A DNA stretch of 55,980 nt, from positions 5,718,181-5,774,160 of the forward strand of contig BFEA01000017.1 in the NCBI GenBank assembly GCA_003427395.1, given 5' to 3'. The position numbers and the translations under genes are program-made. The stretch is from Chara braunii. Its lineage: Eukaryota; Plantae; Charophyceae. Positions within the stretch are counted from its first letter, which is position 1. Each line of letters opens with the position of its first letter. Positions 45,943 to 55,980 of this stretch are shown piece by piece. Under the pieces are notes generated by a model. It was not told the DNA's origin. It ran no database searches and saw nothing but the letters and a program-made list of their open reading frames with translations.

Positions 45943-47300
45943 CNNNNNNNNNNNNNNNNNNNNNNNNNNNNNNNNNNNNNNNNNNNNNNNNNNNNNNNNN
46001 NNNNNNNNNNNNNNNNNNNNNNNNNNNNNNNNNNNNNNNNNNNNNNNNNNNNNNNNNNNNNNNNNNNNNNNNNNNNNNNNNNNNNNNNNNNNNNNNNNNN
46101 NNNNNNNNNNNNNNNNNNNNNNNNNNNNNNNNNNNNNNNNNNNNNNNNNNNNNNNNNNNNNNNNNNNNNNNNNNNNNNNNNNNNNNNNNNNNNNNNNNNN
46201 NNNNNNNNNNNNNNNNNNNNNNNNNNNNNNNNNNNNNNNNNNNNNNNNNNNNNNNNNNNNNNNNNNNNNNNNNNNNNNNNNNNNNNNNNNNNNNNNNNNN
46301 NNNNNNNNNNNNNNNNNNNNNNNNNNNNNNNNNNNNNNNNNNNNNNNNNNNNNNNNNNNNNNNNNNNNNNNNNNNNNNNNNNNNNNNNNNNNNNNNNNNN
46401 NNNNNNNNNNNNNNNNNNNNNNNNNNNNNNNNNNNNNNNNNNNNNNNNNNNNNNNNNNNNNNNNNNNNNNNNNNNNNNNNNNNNNNNNNNNNNNNNNNNN
46501 NNNNNNNNNNNNNNNNNNNNNNNNNNNNNNNNNNNNNNNNNNNNNNNNNNNNNNNNNNNNNNNNNNNNNNNNNNNNNNNNNNNNNNNNNNNNNNNNNNNN
46601 NNNNNNNNNNNNNNNNNNNNNNNNNNNNNNNNNNNNNNNNNNNNNNNNNNNNNNNNNNNNNNNNNNNNNNNNNNNNNNNNNNNNNNNNNNNNNNNNNNNN
46701 NNNNNNNNTTTTTTTTTTTTTTTTTTTTTACAACAAAAAGGGGCCCAGAGGGCTTCATCATTATACCGCAAAACAAAACAACAATTGAGGCCGGGAATCC
46801 CTCACAGCACAACCCGGAAAAAAATATCAATACTGGGGGCACAGCCCAGCCCAGCTCAACCTGGGTGTCGGGATTAACATGTCTGGGAACAGAGATGGCC
46901 AAACACAGACCGCTGTCCCGACTTATCCACGACCCTAAAAAAAAGGAGAAAAATAACAACAGTGCCTTCAAGGCCCATAAAAGCCTAACAATCCAAACAA
47001 AAAAAACAACGACTCTAAACAGAAGGCCTTCCCTCACCGAGGATAAGGGAAAACAGAAACCACCCAAACCAAGAAAGAAAGTGAAGTCCTATCCTACATC
47101 TCTATCCTACACAATTTCTACCACCAAACAACCAATTCGTAATCCATTTCAAGTAACATTGATAATCCACCTAACGGCGGTGGGAGTCTCTATCATGAGA
47201 CTTCTAACAATCCTAGGCTACCGCTCCCTCCAGCTCCTAGCCATCTGCCTGTCTACCGTGACCGAGCCTTCAACCGAGCGTACAGGTTGAACCTACAAAC

Positions 47301-50300
47301 CTAATTCTTAAATAACCAATCATTCAACAACAATTTGTCGTCCACGACGGAGGCCATTTTGTCACGGAAACACCAAGTTTCCCTGAACCAAAGTAAGCCC
47401 ACTATCCTGCTGTCGGACTTGATAACCTTCCGTCTCCAGTCTGCCATTATTGCCTGACGAATCCCTTGCAGAACTGTTGAGCGGATTTGTTTGTTTGTCC
47501 ACTCTTGTTTGTTGAAAACCAAGTCCTTTCTAGCATGCCAAATAGTTGAGCATACTACTGCTCTCAATGTTTGGGCTACATATCCCATGCCTTTGCACAG
47601 AGAGACACCATCAGGAACCCCTCCTAGTAGCGTCCACACCTTGTTCCACTCAAACACATCTCCCACAATAAAGATCCATTTGTCCCCCGACCATTTCCAA
47701 ATTCGAGCTGATTCCGGACAGTCCCACCATAAATGTACAGTAGACACAAATGCCCATCGACACCGTTGACAAGTCATATCGATGTTCATACCATGCTCTG
47801 CTAACCACACCGCTGATGGTGTGAAAACCAAGGTAAGAAGCCACAAAATTGAAGCTTGGCGTTGATTAGGAATGAGTCTCAATTGTTGCAACATCTGTCA
47901 ATTGCTATTGATATGCCATGAGGGTCAATTGACAGCAAAGATTGCCATCTGAGTCGTGCAACCATCTGTGGAGATTTAACGGGAGGTTTAAGAGTATATC
48001 CCACCTTTTGTGTATAGTCCAGTAGACAGACACTTTGATTGTTCTTCCCCGCGGCTTTCCACTCCCACTTTACAGGGTCAAGTTCCATTTCACAAATAAG
48101 ACGTCCTCCCGCGAAGACAATCCCTGAGGGTGTTCCTTCGATATTGAGGTCTTCAATCACCCTGACTTGGTCTAAAGACTCGAAGAGCGGGGGTTGTGAG
48201 TCTGAATCTTGTTGGGACAAAGAGCAGTTATCAGAATCAACCTGAATTAATTTCCAAAGAACGGTGGGAGGTTCTGGTGCACTTGTGCTGTACCATGTAC
48301 CACGTGGGTCAGTTTTGACGGACTCAAGCAAATCCTTTCATTTTTGGGGGATTGCTGAGATAATTGAATTCCTTTTCTCCGGCAGGTTTCTGACTTGTCC
48401 CAAGTTGGTCCTGAGGTCACCCTCCGATTTCCAGCAGCCAAGAACAGTATCCCATATATCACTCACCCGAATCACTCCTTTTTCTATCCACTTTCTGCCA
48501 TAACTCCCTGTTGCAATGTCTGCTTTTATCCAATCACCCGATGGCAGGCGAATCAATGGGTTTTCGAACAGTGGTTGGTTGAGGACCTCAGCCTTTGTTT
48601 CTGGTTCAACCCATACATCAGGTCTCGTAGACTTCCATGCATGCACAATCGTCTTCCAAAAGGGGGATTTCATATGCCTGTGCTGATAGGAGTGGAGTAA
48701 CGGACAAGTCCAGACATCTGTCGGTCTTGTGAGGTTCCACTCACCTGCTAAAATATGTTCCGCCATAAGCACCCAATGTGGTTCAGAGTGATCTAGTGCG
48801 GCCTTTAGAATCCATTTAACCAACATTGCCCCATTCTGACGTTTAGGGTCAAGGATACCTAACCCCCCTTGTTCCCGTGGCAAACATAGCGCCTCCCAAG
48901 CAACTTTCGACAAAAAAGAATCTTCATCCCCTGCAAAGGGTTTCCATATGAATTTCGCAGCCCTTCTTCTAACCAAATTAAATAATTGTTTACTGAATCC
49001 CCTTACAGTACCAACAAACCACAGCAGAGAAAAACATGCACTGTTGACGACCATTCCTTTGCCGAAAAAGGAAAGGTGGGGAGCTTTACCCCACGATCCA
49101 ATTCGCTGCAATGATTTTTGAAGGATTAGGTCGTCTTGATCAGCTTCACACGACAACAGAGAGATCTGTACCCCCAGAAAACGCTCAGACTGGGATTCCC
49201 TGATACGTTTCATCCCCCATTTCACTGGCAAACTGTATTCAGAGGGGAGGAAGAAAACAAATTTATGCCAGTTCACAGAGGCTTCTGAGAGGGAGGCGAA
49301 TTGGTCTAAACAAGATTTAAGAGCTTTTAGAGATTCAGCAGAATTGCCTACCACAACAAACAAGTCATCAACTAGAGATTTTGACTTATACTGAGTGGGG
49401 CCAACAGGGAAGCCTTGTATGTCTGTATGGTTGCGGATATTATTGAACAGGCCTTCCATTTGGATAGCAAACAGCAGGGGGGCCAACGGGCAACCCTGTC
49501 TTAAAGATCGAGAGAGAGAAAATTCATTTGATAATCTTCCGTTGATCATTACTGCTGCTATCGACATCGTGTATAACGCTATCACCCAAGTGCAGAATAT
49601 CTCCCCAAAGCCCATCACTTTCAAGGTTGTAATCACATACGACCAATTCACCCTGTCATAAGCCTTTTCAAGATCAACCAGTAAAACCGCATAGTTCAAA
49701 TTTCCATTGTGGATTATTTCCAGTGTTTCTACTGCAGTGATAATATTAGTAAAAATAGATCTTCCACTCACGAAAGCTGCTTGATCTGGGTGAACTAAAT
49801 CAGGTAGGTATCGTGTCAGTCGTCTAGCCAAAATTTTAGCCAATATTTTGTATGAGACATTCAGGACTGAAATGGGTCTCCAGTTGCGTATTTCCGTCGT
49901 ATCTCCTTTTTTGAATAGCACTGATATGATACCCATGCACATACTTGTAGATAACTTCCCTCCATTTAATATCTCGTTATACAGTTCCACCAATTTGTCG
50001 CCTACAAATTCCCAGATTGTCAGGTACAGTTTCACCGGCAGTCCATCTGGGTAATCGAACTGTGGTTTGTTGTCAGTGATCGCAAGTCAAGTGAAGGTTG
50101 TTGTCAATGTTTGCCCCTTGCAGCCGTGAAGTCAGTATATCCTTATAGTATGTGGCTGCGTAGTTACATAGACCCCTTGGATCTTTAGCGCTTGGGGCCA
50201 TTGTATCAAACGGATGACATAGTTCCCTCATTGGTATGGATGAGCGACGAGGAATGAGTTTTTGAAACGATTCTTTTGTCATCCAATCGTAAATAATAAT

Positions 50301-51410
50301 GCCTTTCACCTTCAGTCTTTCCGCCCACAGTTCCGATTTCTTCTTTTGCAGGTTGTCCCATTCTGTGGATAATTTCGCTCTTTCCTTACCCCATACCAGA
50401 TTAGACACTGGGTGTTGTGACATTCTGAGTTCTGCATACATTATCTTCCTCTTCAGGGATTTTTTTTCTTCCATATAGCGTTGGACTGCCTTAATTCTTG
50501 AGAACACCGAGAGCAGATTAGAAAAGATTCGTGAGTCTTTCTCCCACCAGACATCAACCAATTCATAGGAGGAGTGTGTTAATTTCCAGCTTTTCCAGAA
50601 TTCACTCATCCTTTTGACTAATCCAGCATCCTCTAGATTTTGCGTGTTAAATCGAAATAAACCACGACCTCGATCATAATCAGTAGAAATTATTGTCAAT
50701 ATGACAGGCTTGTGGTCGGACATCGGATGGGGTGTCACTTTTATTTGTGAGATCAATTTCCATTAATTCTGAGAGGTTAGGAAATAGTCCAAACGCCTGC
50801 TAATAACACTTTCGTCCTGTCTTAGATTGGAGAACCATGTGAAGCCGTCCTCATCAGGGTGGGTTAGTCGGTACAGGTCGATCAACTCAAGTGATTCTTT
50901 CAATTGAACTAGGGACATTTTGTCCCTCGGACATTCTACCGTCTGAGATGACGTGGAGACATCCAAAGAGGAGTTTCAGTCTCCAGCTAGGATCGTCCTT
51001 CCCCATTCAAGTAAAATGTATAATAGTTCATTAAAGAAAGTGTTTCGTAAACGAGGGTCGGTGGGGGCGTAAATAGATGCAATTAGCCATTCCTGATCAT
51101 TAATTAATAATTTCACCCAACTCCATCTTCCCCACAAATCCGCATAGTAGTCTACAATTTCAGCATCCAAATTTCTGTGAAGCAAAATACCAACCCCTCC
51201 TTTAGAGCCAATGGTCGGGGACCACAGTTGTGGGTCATCCCACCACTGGTCTAATGTGTTGATTTTTTCTTCACTTAATTTTGTTTCTTGGAGACAAACT
51301 ATATGGATATTGTGTTTGTGCATGAACGTTTTCAATCGTTTTTTTTTTAAATTACCTGAAGTGTCACCCATACCACGTAAATTCCAACTCACTAATCTTA
51401 AGCGACTCAT
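47301..51410 (-). pseudogene. LINE ORF2 (APE endonuclease, RT, zf-RVT), disrupted
   Basis: 'SWNLRG..CLQETK..IYAP..AGD..RLDYFL..SDHKPV'; RT 'DLEKAYDRV..LRQGCPLAP..VDD'; 'CQRC..HLWWDC'; several frameshifts and stops. Confidence 0.95.
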
Positions 51411-51623
51411 GACTTACGACATGTTCATCTCACCTCCCGTCAAGTGTTGGATGTGAGAGGGGGACGAAACAGAGGGTTCAGTTATCCAAGGGGTGGTCAA
51501 GGCAATCCGGACAAATTGAGAACATAGCTTCTTCTCCTTAGGAAGACGTGATTCCAACTCCAAAAGACACTCGGTCGTTTTTAAGGGAGGAATCTGGATT
51601 CGTCACAGTTCCTAACGCTTTTT

Positions 51624-53573
51624 CTACACAAACCAAGAAATCGGGAGAAGACGCAATCCTTCTGGTTCTAACCGCTCGAGCTGACCCGCCTGAAACCTGA
51701 CATCGATAAGAGGCACGAAGAATTTAATTTTCTTGCCTCGATTATCAGGATTCTCGACTATCAACCGAACCATGACGACATCAAATATCAAACGAAACGA
51801 AAATTTGTCAACAATAGTCGTTCGAATCAGAATGGATGTGGCCGTAGGCATAGGTGTATCTGGGGAGGCGAGACTTACCATATTTGGTACCCCGTCATTG
51901 TCTGCAAAGGCCACTACCCCAATCGTATGACGGATTGCCACACAAAAGAAGGGGAGAATATGATTCTCGATGTCACTCAGTTGACCTTTCGACAGTGCCA
52001 CCGGAATCCGTCTCCGGGTGGTCTTCTGGCCTGGAATACCTGTTGTTGAGAGTTGTTCTCCGGATCCCTGTGATGAGGTTGCAGAGTGTTCGGCTTCAGC
52101 GACACCATCCCCGGACACAAAGCTACCTTCCTGGTCGAGTCTTTGCTGTTTCCCGGGTGTACTGTTTCGACTTCTTGACCCACCAGGTATCGCGTTACTG
52201 CTTGGTCTTGCCGAGATCATCGAGCCTTGTCCTCCTATCGGAGCCACTGATGTCATTGGAGTATCCGATGTAGGTTGCACTCTTCTGATTATCGGAGAAG
52301 ATTCCGCGAACGCCATGCTGTAACCTCCCATATGATTTTGAGCTGGCATATAGGATGTGAAGGCTGAAGGATGGGTTCTTCCATATTGCTGAAGCAACCC
52401 ATATTGCATCGGCCGCATACTCCATGGGGGAGGAACAGACATGTTCCAACCCTGGAAGGCTTGCGAGAGCCCCGCGCCAGGCAAATGGCTATAGCTTGGA
52501 TAAGACATCAATCCAGGAGAGAAAGTTGGATTGAGGACGGATGACGTTGGCATGGATGGAACATGCATAGCAGCTTGTGATGTCGCCATGGCACTGCTTC
52601 CTGCACTCGCACTTAAACTCCCAGTACCATTAGGTCCCATTGGACCTGAGTATAAAGGAGTTGGAAGAGGAGCTTGGCTCGTCGATGCTTGAGAGGTGGC
52701 CGGGCCGTTAGACGTAGGTTGACTTTGCTGACTTGTATTCCTCCTGCACTCATTCTCAGAGTGGAAAAATGCACGGCATCGTCTACACCTAGGAGTAGCG
52801 GATGACGCCAGCTTGACTTCCAACGAATCTCCTTCCGACGTGTCAATTCAAATCTTATCCTTCATGTTGTTCCTGACACTGGGGGCGATGTCGAACTTGA
52901 TGTTCACCATTCTGTCTTGCTCAGGAGGGTGAGAACGCAGGACTGGACCAACAACTCGCCTGATCTGTACTTCCAAGTAGAAAAAAGCGTCAAGTGGAAC
53001 TTGTACTGCAACAACCCAAAAGTTTTGCTCATCTTCAACTCTCCTTTGTGCAAGCAGCTGCGCCTTCGTCAACCATGGTTTGAACTCGAAGACATAGCGT
53101 TGGGAACCCACCATCAACTCATCAGAACCCTTGTTCACCAACCAAATTGCAATTTCCCGCGATTTGGCCACGTAAGAGATAACGTTAGGAGATTCGATTT
53201 TAATTTTTCCGCGCTGAAACGAAACTGCCTCGAAGCTGCCGTCAGCAACTTGCTTGTCTTCGTACGCCCGGACTACGTCGTCCTTAACGTTTCTCGGCAA
53301 AAATCTTGCTCCAGCTCTGAAGATGAATGTGACCGTATGTTCCTTAAGCCATGCAATTTTTGCCTGGTCAAGAGTCACGTTAACTTTGAATCTCACCTCT
53401 CTACCCTCTACCGTCATCTCCCCAGGATCTATATCAATAGGCATCACGCCATCATGATAACACATCCTCACCAGTTCTTTTAGTCGGTTGTCATCGTCTG
53501 ATGTCAGCTCTGGTGCTCTGGGAGGAGAACGGTTAACCTCCCTGACCGTCTCCATCTCCGCCATCGTACCCAC
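51624..53573 (-). pseudogene. LINE ORF1 with CCHC knuckle, one break near 52823-52848
   Basis: 'FKPWL..FWVVAVQVPL' and CRRCRAFFHSENEC, immediately upstream of ORF2. Confidence 0.85.
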
Positions 53574-54149
53574 TTGGTTATCTAACTATTAACTCTCCAA
53601 CTGAAAAACTCGTAGCAAGATCAATAGACAAGCGATTAACTACCACAACCCAATTCTCGGAGCCAGACTACCGGCGACAGACTACTAACTACACAGAGTA
53701 AGGTCCTTCCGGGTGTCTACTCTAGCAGCCTCCATAGCTGGTCAAACCAGTTACGACCTACCTCAAGGAGTAGGTGACGGCGCTTCGACATTACCGAGGG
53801 CGTATCAGTGGCGGTACACTCCACGGTCAGACACTCCGTCGTTGCCAAACAGGAACACGCTTGGTCCGAGCGCGATTGCGCCGGCGGAAGCGTACCGGTC
53901 GGACCCCGCTGTGACGACGTGACGGTTTTACGCCCAACACTCCCAACAATGCGGTATAGGTGAAAGAAATTCACTGTGAAACTAACCGGGCCCAAGTAAC
54001 TCTGGAATCGAACTCCGGTTTTGTATTTCAACAGCTTGTGGGTTTACCAACTGTCCTACCGGTAGGCCCATTGGTGTTGTCCCCTTTTCCGTTCCGCTGG
54101 GCCCAGGGCCCGCGCCCGTATGCACGTTTCTGAACTGGGACTGGGGTCG

Positions 54150-54900
54150 TACCGTATTCGCTTTTAGAACCCCGCCTCTTCGCCCCCCCGAATAGAACGG
54201 ACGGCGCACTTTTCGAGGGCCAGCTGCATGCAGACTGAAACTGGGCCCCCAAAACGCATAAATGACCGACCGTACGTTCTATTCGGGGGAACGATTGCGA
54301 GGGGGGGCGAGTACCGCTTCGGACCTGAGCTCCCTGTGTGTTGGAGGCGGAGGCCATAACTGCACTCGTGTACGGGCGAGCGATGGTTGAGCGATCGATC
54401 GGTGCGGCCTTGGTAGAACGAACGGCGCAATTTTCGAGCGGCGGCTGCATGTCGACTGACCCCCTTGTAAAAAAAAAAGAAAAAAAGAGACTGACCCCCT
54501 TGTCCCAAAAACAGGAGCATCGTGACCGTGCGTTCTATTGGGGGGTAAGCTTGCAGGGGAGGGGGGAGTACCGCTCACCGCTTCGGGCCTGAGCTCCCGG
54601 TGGTGTTCGAGGCCATAACTGCACCCCTGTATAGTTGAGCGACCGGTCCGCCCTACCTAGAACGGACGGCGCACTTTTCGAGGGCCAGCTGCATGTAGAC
54701 TGAAACTTGCCCACCAAAAAAAAACAAAAACACAAGCATTGTGCAAAAAACATACAAGCACAGTGACCCTCCGTTCTATCCGGGGGAAACCTTGCAAGAG
54801 GGGAGTACCGCTCACCGCTTCGGGCCTGAGCGCCCGCTGTGGATTCGAGGCCATAACTGCGCCCCTGTATAGTTGAGCGACTGGTCCGCCCGCTTTGCCC
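54150..54900. repeat. Three diverged ~220-245-bp tandem units
   Basis: Units start with TAGAACG at 54193, 54414 and 54658; each contains an inverted CGTTCTAT and the blocks GAGTACCGC..CTTCGG.CCTGAGC and GAGGCCATAACTGC. Confidence 0.85.
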
Positions 54901-55006
54901 ATCATCTCCGTGACCGCCGCTCTCTGTGACACTCACAGTTTCCGCACTTGTGGTGAGTTCCGTCCCTTGTCGATCGTGCTCGCTTTGCGCTTCTTCACCG
55001 GCTCCT

Positions 55007-55038
<32 letters not shown>

Positions 55039-55980
55039 TTTTCTTCTTTTTGTATTGCCTTTTTTTTAAATATGTTTTTTTTTTTAATACCCTTTTTTTT
55101 TTTTTGGTTTAATCTTCTTTGTGAAGGTTTCATGTCGTTTTCTTCCCCTGTGTGTGCTACTTGCGGGCCTTCTTCACGCCCTCATCTTCTTTGCCGCTTG
55201 GAATTCTTTTTGTTTTTCGTCTTTTCCTTGCGCTTTTTGTTTTTGCCCACTGGCTTAAAAAAAAGAAAAAAAAGAAAAAAAAAGTGTGTGGTCTGATGAA
55301 ACACGGACCAGATGATACTAACCCACTCCAGATACTCCACCTGTCTCAGCCAGAAGGCTGAAGAATAAGAATGATGACAAGCAATTGCCAATTGCTTCTG
55401 CACACGCTCACTGAGAATCAGCAATGAAAAAAAAAAAAAAAAGAATCAGCAATGAAACTTCATACGTGTTACATGCTCAAACGCGTACAAAACGATATTC
55501 GATATTCCTTTCCCAAAAAAAATAAAAAAAATAAAAAAAATCGATATTCCCCTTGGCATTGTGGGCCCGTTTCCTTCTTTGTTTCGTCGATAAAAAAGAA
55601 AAAGTTAAAAAAAAAACAAAAAACAACAGCACGCATCTCATTATACAAGAACGCGTCCCTTCTTTCTTTCTTTCTTTCTAGTGTGTAGCCGTTCATCCAC
55701 TAATTGTAAAGTATTTCTATTGTGCAGTCTTTTATCCACTGATTCTAAATTATTTCTAGCGTGTAGTATTTCATCCACTAATTCAAGAATTCTGGACATT
55801 TTTCTTCTCTCTGGTTCCTTCTGTCTCTTTCTTTCTTTCTTTTTTTGTTTCTTCTTTTTTTTTTTTTTTAAGTTTTAAAGACAGCAATATATTCTTCTCT
55901 TAACTTCTCTTTTGCCTTTCACTACCCACCTGTATACAGCTTTAGGAGTCGTGGTATTCCTTCTTTTTTTTTTTTTTTTT

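Larger units (their letters stand above)
46709..53700 (-). mobile_element. Near full-length L1/Tx1-like LINE
   Basis: ORF1, ORF2, 3' UTR and poly(A) (46709-46729) in canonical order; the 5' end is approximate. Confidence 0.93.

Noticed and set aside
55682-55798. 39-bp triple repeat encoding (L.LVDE.LH.RN) units
   Set aside because: Short, embedded in A/T homopolymer tracts, with no recognisable family or splice support.

Overview
This is a eukaryotic, repeat-saturated nuclear window. It looks like a charophyte green alga such as Chara, inferred from a flagellar IFT gene, plant-type U6/U2, ccmFN/nad5 mitochondrial inserts and a Chlamys-type Penelope element. The only host gene is a minus-strand WDR19/IFT144 gene, of which five phase-compatible GT-AG exons are visible. 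Its huge introns contain about ten L1/Tx1-like LINE copies (one near full length) and a degenerate Penelope-like element with an N-terminal GIY-YIG domain and hammerhead-bearing pseudo-LTRs. They also contain LTRs, five MITE families, U6 and U2 pseudogenes, two mitochondrial insertions, microsatellites, four N-gaps and a Nextera adapter artefact. The most notable unexplained signal is a modular, covarying RNA cassette at the 3' ends of many otherwise divergent LINEs: a hairpin, an H-type pseudoknot and a terminal stem-loop whose sequence matches U2 snRNA nt ~33-52. In some 3' UTRs the hairpin is multiplied into arrays. Both mitochondrial fragments sit head-to-head at LINE 5'-truncation junctions. 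All calls were made by eye; no searches were run.
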